This document shows, piece after piece, positions 23,707-36,347 of a stretch of DNA of 64,000 nt. Where the stretch lies: positions 94,922,001 to 94,986,000 of the forward strand of contig CM059426.1 in the NCBI GenBank assembly GCA_030390025.1, given 5' to 3'. The number at the start of each line of letters is the position of its first letter. Position 1 is the stretch's first letter. A model generated the notes under the pieces. The model was not told the DNA's origin. It did no database searches and was given only the letters and a program-made list of their open reading frames with translations. Source of the stretch: Squalus acanthias (Eukaryota). The position numbers were made by a program, and so were the translations under genes.

Positions 23707-24945
23707 ATGGGAACCATTTATACTCTCATCCTGGTCCTCAGATTAGGAAGAGGATCATCCACGGCAGCAGCAGAACCAGGCACAGCAGCAGCATCAACAA
23801 CAAGAGCGCCAACCTTCTCCTCAGCCGCCGGATGCTGCACAGGGCAGAGGCCGTCAGGGCTTGGCTGGCCCGCAGCGCAGGAGATACCCCAACACAGGAT
23901 TTACAGGCAGAGGATGAGCTTCCTCAATATGAGTGAGCAGCACTGTCAAAGGAGACTGAAACTTTCGTGAGAGGTAGTTGCAGACATCTGCACAATGCTG
24001 GACCAAGACTTGCAGCCCAGAGGAGCAGGTGGACACGCCTTGCCAGTGGCTGTCAAAGTCACCACCGCACTCAACTTCTTTGCGTCAGGGTCCTTCCAGG
24101 GATCAGCAGTAGACATTAGCGACATCTCCCAGTCGGCCGCCCACAGATGCATCACACAGGTCACTGATGCCCTCTTTGCCAAGTCCACCAATTACATCCA
24201 CTTTTCAACTGATGAAGCCAGTGTTACCGTGCGGGCACTAGGCTTTGTCAATCTGGCTGGCTTTCCACGGGTGCAGGGCGTCATCGACTGCACCAATGTG
24301 GCCATCAGAGCACCCCATCACAACCCAGCAGTATTTGTAAACCGCAAGGGCTTCCACTCCCTTAATGTCCAGCTGGTTTGTAACCACAGGAAGAGCATCA
24401 TGCATATGTGCACAAAGTACCCTGGAAGCTGCCATGACACTTGCATCCTGTGCCAGTCAACTGTGCCTCAGCTCTTTGCTCTTCCAAATGACCTTTCCGG
24501 ATGGCTCCTTGGAGACAAGAGCTATCCCCTGAAGACGTGGCTAATCACGCCGATGAGGAGGCCTTCAAACGAGTCTGACGAGCACTACAATCAGAGCCAC
24601 ATCTCCACCAGAAGTGTCATTGAGCAAACAATAGGGTTGCTCAAAATGCGCTTCAGATGCCTGGACAGATCTAGTGGAGCCCTACAGTACGCACCAGCCA
24701 GGATCTCAAGAATCATCGTGGTCTGCTGTGCCCTGCACAACATCGCACTGCAACAGGGATTAGTGCTGCCTGAGGAACAGGTCGCACAGTGCACAGCCTC
24801 TTCAGAGGAGGAGGAGGAGGACGAGCCGAATGAGGTTGCAGATGAGGAACACTTGGAGGAGGCGGCTGACCCAGTGCGACCAGCACGCAAGCATATTGCT
24901 GCCCGTCAGGCAAGGGATGGCCTAATCCATGCCAGATTCAACTAA
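23707..24945 (+). pseudogene. Harbinger (HARBI1-like, DDE_Tnp_4) transposase; N-terminus disrupted, 316-aa core ORF 23995-24945 still open
   Basis: Motifs [63 protein letters not shown]. In-frame TGA at 23968 (likely CGA>TGA) and two compensating frameshifts in the Q-rich N-terminus. Confidence 0.92.
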
Positions 24946-25220
24946 CTTTAGGTATCACAGCAATGTGGCTGCCACATCCATATGAAGGTTCGCATGTCCC
25001 CACTTCCACACCATAGAGCATTCCTCCAATGAACTGTGCATTCCTAGCCCTTTCACCACCATTGCTTCAGATGAAAGGCACCCTCACCCCTCGCTGTGCC
25101 ACCTCCACTTGTGAGCACACATAGGGCAACGCTTTGAAACATTCACATGACATCACTTTAATACAATAAAATAAAAGAACACTGATTTATATGAAAGCAC
25201 CCAAGTGACTACCCTTGTGA

Positions 25221-27133
25221 CTATTTGTGTGTCAGCTTTCTCTTACGCGTGTTTCTTCGTGGTGCATCCCCTGTGGCTTCAGCAGATGCAGGGGCAACCT
25301 GCTCACTTCCCTGCTGCGCCTGCTTACAGACGCCTTTGGTGGCCGTCCTCTGGGTCGTGGAGCCTGTGATGGCCCCGCCAAAGTCTGCTCTTTCTGTGGT
25401 TGTGCAGGGGCAGACTCGGCCATCTCTGCTGGGGGAGGCATCTGGGGCTCTGACTGAGGGGTTGGCAATGGGATGGCAGTGTGAGCGCTTGGAGAGGAGC
25501 CCCCCCACTTCCATTGCCCCTTCCACCACCATCCCTCTCATAGGCCACCTGCACTTCCCTGCCAGCACGTTACTGGAGAGCACCTTGCTGCACATCAGTG
25601 GGGCCATGAGGACCCGTGTCTGTGCTGACATTCCTCATAACAAGGGCGTCCATGAACCTTTGGTTCCACTCCTCGATAGATGCACATCTATTCTCCATAG
25701 CTGACCATCTATTTAGATGTGTTACCATGTTCTCCTGTGTCTGGTGATTTATGTCCTCCATGGAGGTTGCCATCCTTTCTATGGCAGGACCTACATTTGC
25801 CAGTGCCTGCACCATGGCGCTGCTCATATTTGAGATGGACTCCTCCATTCTCTGCATACTCGCAGTCACCGTGGTTGGTAACCCAGTCAGAGCCTCCTGC
25901 ACTTGTTCCTGAAGCTCCAGCACCACTCTCTTTCTGGATGGCCCCCAAGGCTCAGCGTCTGCATGCAGCTCAGCAAAGCTAGGAGAGTCCTGCGGCCTCT
26001 GACGAGGACTCTCCACTGCTGTCCCTGTCTCCAGCATCTGCTCTTGCTCACTTGTGAGTTGTGAGACACCAGGTGACAACACTACTCTATCTCGCGTTGG
26101 ACCCACTGAGGTGTGCGTCTCTGCGCTGATGCAGGGTGCGCTCATTTCTGCGGGCACTGCTCCCTCAGAGTCTGGAGGTTCCTCTGAGGAGTCCTCCTGC
26201 TCTTCCTCCTGGACAGTAGGGAGGGGGGTCCTTGATGGTCCTGTGGGAGAGTAAAGACATGATTTAGACATGTGATATGTAGGTTGCACACACATTCCCT
26301 TGTGCAAGTAATTAGCACTCAATGTCTAGGAACATCAGATCCCATATCAGTGACGCCTGAATGCCAAATCAGATGTTTGGAAAATATTTCTGTCACCAGG
26401 TTGTTCGGTTGAGCCCATCTCTCCGTCCCCCACTTCAAGCTCCTCTGCACCTCCAACAAGGTCCAGAGCTGCCTCCTCAGTGTGGGTTAGCTGCGCCACA
26501 GATGGTTGTTCCCCTCCTGTTCTCTCCCTCTCCCTCTTATTGTGGGATCTCTTTTCCTGCAATGAGGGACAGAAGTGCAGTCTTAGTGAGAGTGCTGGAA
26601 TGAGTGTAAAGAATGGATAAGATAGATGTTTGGAGGGAAACTATGATGGAGTGAGGTGCCAATACCAATTTCCCTCCTTGTGAGTTGTTAGTTGTTGTCA
26701 TGGCATAACATTGAGAGTGAGTGTGAGGGGTACATAGAAAGATGGGGATGTGATTCTGTACATAAGGAGAAAGGGATGGGTGATGGTGCAAGGGATGTTG
26801 GGGTGAGTTAGGATGTGCAGGAGTAGGGCTGGCAATGCAGAGTGATGGGGATGTGAAGACAGGCACAGCAGAATGAAGGTAAGTGTGCTTTTAGACTCAC
26901 TTTTGTTGAACGTAGGAGATCATTGAACCTCTTCCTACACTGAACCCAGGTGCGTGTACAGATAGACCTCGCATTCACCTCCTCAGCTATTTGCAGCCAG
27001 GCTGCCTTGGTGTGCTGAGGGGGCTTCCTCCTTCCATCCGAAGGGAACAGAACCTCCTTGCGCCCTCTTACTCCCTCCACAAGAACATGGAGTCATCAAA
27101 GCGGGAAGCAGCCTTTGTTCTAGGAGCAGTCAT
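25221..27133 (-). pseudogene. Harbinger Myb/SANT-like DNA-binding protein gene (NAIF1/MSANTD-like), three exons: 27133-26901, 26556-26397, 26240-25221
   Basis: RFDD..VEGVRGRKEVLFP...AWLQIAEEVNA...RTWVQCRKRFNDL|EKRSHNKRERERTGG; GT-AG introns; frameshifts in exons 1 and 3; RPRGRPPK near the C-terminus. Confidence 0.85.
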
Positions 27134-27560
27134 CTCGGCAACCACCAGCACTCAGGAGAATCAAAAAGTAAATGAAAGCCAAAGGGGACATGGGCCCCTT
27201 AAATACAACAGCTTCAAAGACGTCATCAAAGGTGAGCTGCAGACATACACCCACTGATTGGGCCGGGTAGCGCGCACAACGGGCTTAATAAGCCCAATCT
27301 AATGAAAATCGTTATCTCATTGCGGAGGGAACTGGCAGCGGGTCCGGAACCTGCCAAATAGCGAACCCATCTCCGGACAGAAAATCCAGCCCTAACAGTC
27401 AGAAATTGTGCTTTAGGCACTACAGGTAAAGGGATAACTAAAAGATGTAACGTGATTAAACCAGGAGAGAGAAATAAGAAACATGTGAGTAAAACATTAG
27501 AGCTGAAGGATAGGCTAGGATGTGTGGGCCAAATAAGCATTCTTTTTATCCAAACACATG

Positions 27561-28289
27561 GGGCTGGATTTTGATACTGGGGTGGGTTGGGGTCGTGTCA
27601 TCCGCGTTTCGTGTTATCCACCCGCCTGCAATTGGATGTGGGAGATTAATGCAATTTTCACCTAATTGGGCAATTGAGTTCCAGCATGTGGGAACCCATG
27701 AACCAATTAGTGTTTTCAGTCTGAAAGTCGCCTTTGATAATGTCATCATTGCTGTTGCATTGAAGGTCTTCAGAGACTGCCTGGCCTTTGCTGTGAATGG
27801 ACCTGGATGCAAAATGAGCAGCAGCTCAGAGAGCGAGAGAGAGAGAATTGTTTTTGCATCCAGGTCCTCTCTCAGCAAAGGCCAGGCAGTCCATTCAATG
27901 CAGCAGCATCAGAGGCGACTTTCAGACCTAATACTACTACTACCTTCATCACATCTCCGTTGTAATAGTGGACCTGCAGCTGATAGTCAGCTATCCACTT
28001 GTGCTCCCACCAGGTTTCACTGGCGTGTTTCACATCAGGCGTGCTTCACGTCGGAAAAGGGTTAAACTAGCTAAAACATTTCAAAATAGCATTACAGAGC
28101 CAATTTAGGGCTTATTAAGGGCTTTAATGGCCTCTCCCGCCTCTTGGAGGCGGGACGGAGTCGGGAACACCGCACACGATTTTATCAAAATTGCATGGAG
28201 GCAGGATCAGGTCTGCCCGCCACTTTTCGCAATTTTAACCCCCCACACGCCTCCAAACCCGCCTCCACGGCCCTATGAAAATCCAGCCC
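27561..28289. mobile_element. Harbinger-type MITE (729 bp) in the CR1 endonuclease region
   Basis: Perfect 12-bp TIR GGGCTGGATTTT / AAAATCCAGCCC, TSD ATG (27558-27560, 28290-28292); CR1 ORF2 resumes gagtataaggaataaattg (SIRNKLNEL). Confidence 0.92.
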
Positions 28290-31094
28290 ATGGAGTATAA
28301 GGAATAAATTGAATGAACTACAGGCACGAATTCAAATTGGAGGGTATGACATGGTAAACATTACTGAGACATGGCTGCAAGATGGTCAGGACTGGGAACT
28401 AAATATACCAGGTTATAAGGTCTACAGGAAAGATAGGGAAAATGGTAGAGGGGGAGGAGTAATCTTATTGATTAAGGATGAAATCACTTCAATGATAAGA
28501 GAGGATATAATGAGAGGTAAACAGGCAGTGGAGACTTTATGGTTAGAATTAAGAAATAGGAAAGGATTTAAGACTGTAGTGGGAGTTGTGTATAGGCACC
28601 CTGGTGTAGCAGCTGTGAAGTGCTAGATTGTATAAATGCAGAGATTCGACAAGCATGTAGTAAAGGCAGAGTGGTTTTAATGGGGGATTTTAACTTTCAT
28701 ATAGATTGGGTGAAACAGACTTGCACCTGTCAGAAAAGTAGTGAATTTCTTGATTGTATCTGGGATAGTTTTCTACAACAATAGAAGCAACAAGGGAGCA
28801 TGCCATATTAGATTTAGTAATGAGTAACGAGCCAGATTTAGTTAACAGCCTAATGGTGCGTGAACATTTATCCAACAGCAATCATAACATGATCGACTTC
28901 AACGTAGTGTTTGAAAGGGAGAAACGTAAAACAGCTACTAAGATTCTGATTTAGGTAAGGCCGACTTCAATGGGATGAGACAGAGAATGTCCAAAGTAAA
29001 CTGGGCAAATCTGTTAGTGGGTAAAACGACAGAAGATCAGTGGGAGATATTTAAAAAAGAATTTAATGTGATACAGAACTAGTTTATACCCCTGAGGGGC
29101 AAGAGCTCTACTTGCCAAAAAAAACAGCCATGGACGACTAAAGAGATAAGGGACAGCATAAAACTAAAAGAAAAAGCATACAAAAATAGCACCGATCCTG
29201 GTGAATGGGAAAGATACAAAGAACAACAAAGGGTCACAAAACAGATAGTAAGAGCTACAAAAAGGGAGTATAAAAAGCAACTTGCAAGGGATATCGAAAT
29301 CCACACAAAGAATTTTTACAAGTATATTAGGAAAAAGAGGGTAGTCAGGAGCAATGTTGGCCCCTTAAAAACTGATATTGATGATACTGTCAATGATAAG
29401 GAAATGGCAGACATGTTGAATAATTACTTTGCAGTATTTACAGTAGAGGAAATCCCAAGGAAACTAACATGGAAACAGGGACTCAATAAAATTAACGTAA
29501 GTGAAATAACAGTAATGAAGAAAGTAATGGCACTAAAGAGTGACAAATCCTCAGGACCAGATGGTTTCCATCCTAGAGTTTTAAAGGAAGTAGGTGAGCA
29601 CATTGCAGATGCCCTAACTATAATCTTCCAAAGTTCTCTCGATTCAGGAACTGTTCCTTTAGATTGGAAAATTGCACATGTCACTCTGCTATTTATGAAT
29701 GGCGAGAGGGGGAAACCAGGGAATTATAGACCAGTTAGCCTAACATCTGTTGTCTGGGAATTGCTAGAGTCTATAATTAAAGATAGGGTGACTGAACACC
29801 TCAAATTTTCAGTAGATCAGAGAGAGCCAGCATGGATTTGTGAAAGGTAGATCATGCCTGACAAACTTGATTGAATTTTTTGAGGAGGTGACTAAAGTAG
29901 TGGACAAATGGATGTTATTTATATGGACTTCCAGAAGGCATTTGATAAAGTCCCACTTAAGAGACTGTTAACTAAGGTAGAAGCCCACGGAATGGAGCAC
30001 AAATTATTGACCTGGTTAGGAAATTGGCTGAGCGGCAGGAGACAAAGTGTGGATAATGGGCAGGTACTCTAATTGGCATATTGTGACAAATGGTGTCCTG
30101 CAGGGATCTGTGTTGTGGCCTCAACTATTCACAGTACTTATTAATGACTTAGATGATGGCCTAGAAAGCCATATTTCCAAATTTGCCGATGACACAAAGA
30201 TATGCGGCATTATAGGCAGTTTAGATGAAAGCATAAAATTACAAAGGGATATCGATAGCTTAAGTGAATGGGCAAAACTGTGTCAAATGGATTTCAATGT
30301 AGGCAAATGTGAGGTCATCCACTTTGGACCTAAAAAGGATCGAGTAGGGTACTTTCTAAATGGTGAAAAGCTTAAAAACAGTGGCGGTCTAAAGAGACTT
30401 GGGGGTCCAGGTACATAGATCATTAAAATGTCATGGACTGGTACAGAAAATAATCAAAAAGGCTAATGGAATGCTGGCCTTTATATCTAGAGGACTAGAA
30501 TACAAGGGGGTAGAAGTTATGCTACAGCTATACAAAGCCCTTGTTGGACCACACCTGGAGTACTGTGAGCAGTTCTGGACACCACACCGTAGGAAGGATA
30601 TATTGGCCTTGGAGGGAGTGCAGCGTAGGTTTACCAGAATGATACCTAGACTCCAAGGGTTAAATTACAAGAAGAGATTACACAAACTAGGGTTGTATTC
30701 CCTAGAATTTAGAAGGTTAAGGGGTGAGATCTGATCGAAGTTTTCAAGATATTAAGAGGAACAGATAGGGTAGCTAGAGAGAAACTATTTCCGATGGTTG
30801 GGGAGACTAGGACAAGGTTCATAGTCTAAAAATTAGAGTCAGACCTTACAGGAGTGAAATTAGGAAACACTTCTACACACAAAGGGTTGTAGAAGTTTGG
30901 AACTCTCTTCCACATATGGCAATTGATGCTAGATCAATTGTTAATTTTAAATCTGAGATTGATGGATTTTTGTTAACCAAAGGTATTAAGGGATATGGGC
31001 CAATGGTGGGTATATGGAGTAAGGGCGCAGATCAGCCATGACCTCATTGAATGGCAGAACAGGCTCAAGGGGCTAAATGGCCTACTCCTGTTCC

Positions 31095-31258
31095 TATCAA
31101 AAAGAGTAGTGGTCCCAACACCGACTCCTGGGACACCACTACACACTTCCCTCCAGTCTGAAAAACAACCGTTCACTACTACTCTCTGCTTTCTGTCCCT
31201 TAGACTATTTCTTTACCCATGCAGCCACTGCCCCTTTAATCCCATGGGCTTCAATGTT
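31095..31258 (-). mobile_element. Remainder of the CR1 fragment split by the 21051-31094 insertion
   Basis: Encodes VVNGCFSDWREVCSGVP; contiguous with 21050. Confidence 0.85.
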
Positions 31259-31489
31259 TGCATACAGTATATTGGAGTTACTACAGGCAAGACTGATAAG
31301 AATTCCACTGGGTCACGCCATCCTGCCTCCTTCTGTGACATAAGGTTCAACGGAGGATGGATGCAGGATCTGCCCTCCCTGTCCCATCCCATCCCATCCA
31401 TCCAATCCAACTTAAACTGATTGTGCCCCAAATCCACCAAGAAGACTGTGGATTTTCAGTGCCTCTGTTTCTGAGCCATACTGACCATT

Positions 31490-31740
31490 AAAGTTTTCGA
31501 GTTCAATTCCTGGGCTCTTCTGAGTTAGCTGATCTCAGGTTGGTGGGTGTTAAGAGTGCTGCAACTCTTGAAAGAGTAAATTCAGTCAAGGTGCCTACTC
31601 CTGATTATTATACAGTGAACCTACTGGAAGTGCGTCCATAGATGCTACGTCAGGACAGGATCAGGATCCTGAGTCATTTAGCCTTGTGGATGAAAAGCCA
31701 CTAGAATGAGATTACGGATGCAAGTACCTCCCATGGAACT
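31490..31740 (+). mobile_element. Degenerate tRNA-SINE-like fragment
   Basis: B-box-like gagttcaattcc followed by gagttagctgatctcag; recognised from memory only. Confidence 0.4.
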
Positions 31741-32542
31741 TTATGGCTATTCTCCCTGAATTTTCTCGGGCATGGTGGCACAGTACAGCTGTAAGTCAGG
31801 CAGGAATGCAGCAGAATGTCTTGGAAATAGGAGCCAGGTATGCCTTTACTGCCAGTTTCTGAGGTGTCTTTTTTGGGGTGGAACCTCTGCCCTAAACAAG
31901 GTCACCCACATCAGACAGGGGCATGGCCAGGGGAGGGGATTCCCAGACCAACTACTTCCTCCTTCCTGGCCTGCAATCTACCAGACATATGGTACACTGG
32001 GTGAGAAGAGATGCAAACCAGCAGAAGTAAGGCCCACCTGGGGGTCCAGGCTTGGACCCCCATCACACACAAGGTGGGTGCTGTCAGGAATCGGCCCCTT
32101 TACAAGGGAAATAATAGGTCCCAATCAAACATCTGGGCCTGGGGTTGTTGGGGTATTTCAGAGCAGCATTCTTTTGCCACAAGCTGCACCCATAGAAATA
32201 TATTTAACCCTGCATACTCTGGTGGGGTAAGTAGAATTTCCCAGCATTTATTGCTGGGATCAAAGATCTGCATCAATCTGGAGCCAAGCACCTTCAGGAA
32301 GGGAGCAGAAAACTAGGGGGGAAAATTGTCGACAAAGAGCAGTAATAATGTGTTGTAAACTTAAAGCATTGATATCAGCTGAAGCTGGATTGTATGTAAT
32401 TGGTATCTTTGTACAGTAACTTGTATGTTTAAAACAAGAAAAAAAAGACCAGGAAGTGTGCAATCTAGGAGCAAAGTTCTGCGATAATTCTTACAGGGGA
32501 GAGGAGGTAATTTGAGGTAGATCAATGCTGCTTTACACTACA

Positions 32543-33530
32543 ACAACTAGCACTTGTATAACGGCTTTAACATAGGAAAACATTCGAGGCATTTCACAGA
32601 AGCATAATCAAACAAAAATCAACACCAAAAAAAGGAGATATTAGGATGTGTAATTAAAAGTTTGGTCAAAGAGGTGGGCTTTAAGGAAAGACTGAAAGAA
32701 GGAGCGGGCGGCAGAGAGGTGTAGGGAAGGAATTGAAAGCTTAGGGCCCAGATGCCTGAAGGCATGGCCAACAATTGTGGGGCAATGGGATTTCGGAATG
32801 CATGAAGGCAGAGTTAGAGGAATGCAGAGTTCTTGGAGGTTTGGAGGTCTGAAGAATGTTCGTGATAGGGAGGGGCGAGGCCATGAAGGGATTCGAACAT
32901 GAGGATCAGAATTTAAATTTGAGGCTTTGGGAGATTGGGAAACAGGGTGAGTGGGGCTTGGTACAGGATAGGATATGGCAAGCAGATGAGCTCAAGATTC
33001 TGGAGGGTAGAAGATGGGAGACCGGCCAGGAGAGCATTGGAATAGTTGAGTCTCGAGTTAACAAAAGCACGGATGAGGGTTTCAGCAGCAGATGGGCCGA
33101 GGTAGGGACAGAGACAGATGATAGGGAAGTGGAAGAAGGTGGTCTTTGTGATGGAAAGGATATGGGGTTGGAAGCTCAACTCTGAGTTGATGCGGAGGTT
33201 GTGAATAGCCAGGTTCAACCTGAGACAGTGACTTGGGAGAGGAATGGAACCAGTGGCAAGGGTATAGAGTTTGTGGCGGGGGCTGAAGACGATGGCTTTG
33301 GTCTTCCCAATGTTTTATTGGAGGAATTTGCTGCTCATACAGGACTGCATGTCAGAAAGCAGTCTGACAACACACAAGCAGCGAAGGGGTCAAAAGAGGT
33401 GGTGGATAGGTGGAACTGGGTGTTGTCTGCGTCCATGTGGAACCTGATGCCATTCCTTCAGTGATGTTGCCAAGCAGCAGCATGTAGATGTAGAAGAGGT
33501 GGGGGACTCCAGAGGTAAGAGTGCAGTGAC
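32543..33530 (-). mobile_element. L2 LINE 3' fragment, old
   Basis: ORF 32913-33218 (ELSFQPHILSITKT, AAETLIRAFVNSRLNYSN); tail caacaactagcacttgtataacgg at 32541-32565. Confidence 0.85.
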
Positions 33531-34210
33531 ACAAAGAGAAGCCATTGTTGTACTCCGGTGGAGTGGAAGTTGCTTCCACTTGCATCTTTGCAGCATTTTG
33601 AGGGCACGTCTGGGGACTTTGCTAAGTTCCTCCAGGCAGTCCACCAGAAGCACTCCCCCAATAGGCACTATTCTGTGCCTAGTGAAACCCCAACCATGAG
33701 CAATCCAATGGTAGTCAATTCCAATTTGGCCCTGCCGTTCCTGGGAGAAAGTTTATAAAACTTACGCTGACCATTTTCTTCAGCCGCTGGCTCACTTTCT
33801 CCAAATCCCATGGTGCAACTCCAGATTCTGTTGCCTGTGAGTCGGGCTCTCATGTTGTGCCACTAAACATGTAGGTGCCTGTCACTATTATTTAAAAAGC
33901 CCATGGGGCTAAATTGGATAGGCCCAAAATCGAGCGCGGGGATTGCGATGCGCGATCAGCCCACGCCTGTTGAAAGTAGTGCAGGCAGCATGCAAAATTC
34001 GTGCTGCCAGCTCATTAACATGATTGCAGCGTTGAGCCCAGCGCTAAATGCGCTGCTGGTTGGCTCAGCGCTCAGCAGAGGGCCAAATATCGTGTAGAGT
34101 CTGCTCTCTATTTAAAGGTTGCCTGCAGAGTGAAAGTCTGACTGCACTTCTTAAAGGGGAGGTGCTTTTTGAGAGAAGTACCTCATTGTGACTGCAGCTG
34201 CAACTTAGCA

Positions 34211-36179
34211 ATGTCTCAACAGGGCAGAGAAAGGGCACCTCACTTCTCCGATGTAGCACTGGAGGTCTTGGTGCAGGAGGTCTATAGGAGGAGATAGGTC
34301 CTCTACCCGCAGGGGGACAGGACGCCTTCCAGACACTCTGTTCGAAGGCAGTGGGAGGAGATCGCAGAAGCCGTCAGTGCCACCAGTCTGTCCCCCAGGA
34401 CATGAATCCAGTGCCGGAAAAGATTAATGACCTCACGAGTGGTCAAGGTAAGTGAATGTATCTTAAAATGCCATATCCCACCATCTGCACCACGAGCCTC
34501 ATACACTGCTCAATGCACCACACCCCCAACACTCACCTACCAACAGTCTCTAGCAATCATGACTCATACCTCACAATCATAACTTCACCTCACCTGCACA
34601 CACTTACCGCTGCTGCAAGCCTCACACCCACATCTCACACCTTGCACACAATGCCAGCTATTCAACCATGACAGGCGCATCATCCAAACACATTGCATCA
34701 CACTCACTGACACACCTCCCTCTCTTGCAGGCCAAGGTGGCTCACAACTGACGCGAGCAGGAGCTAATAGCTGGAGGGGGCAAGCATGGCTGCAGAACCT
34801 GACACAGCTGGAGGAGACAGTGCTGGAGATAATTGGAGGGGTCGTCACTGAGGCCGTGGCGACCGTCGAGGCTGAAAGCATTGGTGATGACGGTACGCTC
34901 ATACCTAATCCTTCTGCTCACATCCCACTTCCCCCTCATCCCACAATATCTTCTCACTTACAAGTTTCTGATGGTGTTAGCATGTACATCTTGCTTTCCT
35001 CCCGCCCCTCCCCTCACCTCACCACATAACCTGACCCTTGTGCCTTTCTCCTTTGAGATACCCAAGAACTGCCACCAGCCCAGCCTGTGCAGGAAGAAGT
35101 AGAGGAGAGTGATAGAGAAGAGACACTGTCACTCAATCTGCCACTCCCAGGCATCAGCTCAGAAAATGTCACTCTGCGAACTTTAGAGGGTATCATAGAG
35201 GCAGGATTTGCACGTGGTGAGACACCGGGCATGAGTGGGCTGTAGCCAGGCCAGGGGGAAAGGGTAGGGCAGGTGCCAGCTCACCCGATGGCGAGTTTGC
35301 ACACGAGTTCTGCTGAACAGGACTCGGATTAGGACTTCAATGGGGCAGCCTTCAGAAGAAGGGTGATGGGCATGTACACAAAAATGCTTGGTGCAATGAC
35401 AGGCCTGTCAGAGAGCCTCTTATCACTGTCAAGGAGCATGAGGGAGTCCGGGTCCAACCTTACACAGGGCTTTGCGGGGAGCTTGGAGCCCATGATTTCC
35501 AGGATGGAAGTGATGGGCGACTCCATTAGAGCACTGTGGACCTAACCATGATGCTGGTTGTGATGGGCGATGTCTCAGCTTCCATTGCAGCACAAGCGGA
35601 AATAACCAAACGTCAGAGTGCTGCAGTGGAAGCTTGGGCTTCTGTCATGCAGGCTCAACTTGCTACCACGCAAGCTCAGACAGCTCTCATGAAGGCTCAG
35701 CTTGCTGCTATGCAAGATCAGACTGCTGTCATTGTGGCTAGGTTTGCGAGTGTGGAAAGGGGCTTGCAGGGTCTCACAGCAGTCTAACAATCTGTCCTCC
35801 AACGAAATGGCTAGGAATGCTGAGGCGCCGCCCCGGGGGAGTGGCAGTGGGTCCGTAGGGCATGAACCTGCTGTCCTCTCAGGATGACAGCATTCGTACA
35901 TCCACCACTGTCACTCTGCCAGTGCCATTGCAGTTGCCTGTCAGCCAGCCAGCCCAGATTGCTGCCGCCCATGCAGAGATTGTGCAGTCTACAGCCGGGC
36001 CTTCTTGGCCCAGAGCTGCTCGAGGTCGTCCTGCAAGGCCATCTGGAGTGTCCCCCACGGAACGTCAGCAGCCTTCCACCAGCCATGCTGCAGTCACTGG
36101 GGTAGCACTGCGTAGGAGCACTAGGATTGGCAAAGGCACACGAAAGACAGGCACTAAGGGAATGCACAAGAGTGTTTAG
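34211..36179 (+). pseudogene. Harbinger Myb/SANT-like gene, three exons: 34211-34447, 34731-34892, 35058-36179
   Basis: MSQQGRERAPHFSDVALEVLVQEV...QWEEIAEAVSA...RT*IQCRK|AKVAHN*REQEL; GT-AG introns; several stops; RAARGRPARP near the C-terminus. Confidence 0.82.
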
Positions 36180-36347
36180 TTGACTTTGTAATGTAATATT
36201 GGAATTAATCATTTCTAAATTATGTTTGGAATGTTTGTTTTGTGGTGGCTTTCATTTCAACATTGTACCCAAGAGGACGCTGTGATGTTCCGTGACAGAG
36301 GGATGGTAAGGTGGGGAAGTGTTAAGCAGCGAGGATCTGGGGTTTCT

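Larger units (their letters stand above)
23202..27392. mobile_element. PIF/Harbinger DNA transposon 1 (4.2 kb, two convergent genes, decayed)
   Basis: TSD TAA (23199-23201, 27393-27395); imperfect TIRs GGCCGCGAATTT / AAAATCCAGCCC. Contains a HARBI1-like transposase (+) and a Myb/SANT gene (-); host CR1 is contiguous across it. Confidence 0.93.
21051..31094 (+). mobile_element. Near full-length CR1 LINE (5' UTR, ORF1 with Zn finger/coiled coil/SGNH esterase, ORF2 APE-RT), decayed, carrying three Harbinger insertions
   Basis: ORF1 from ATG near 22390 (CxxC...CxxC; VVVVGDS; CCLPGARV; LHLN). ORF2 endonuclease (ITETWL, RGGGV) and RT (GPDGFHPRVLKE, KFADDT). Tail cctactcctgttcct; TATCA duplicated at 21046-21050 and 31095-31099. 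Confidence 0.9.

Noticed and set aside
23995-24945. Host HARBI1 gene
   Set aside because: It lies inside a TIR/TSD-bounded element nested in a LINE, with upstream frameshifts and a stop; it is a transposon copy, not the domesticated gene.
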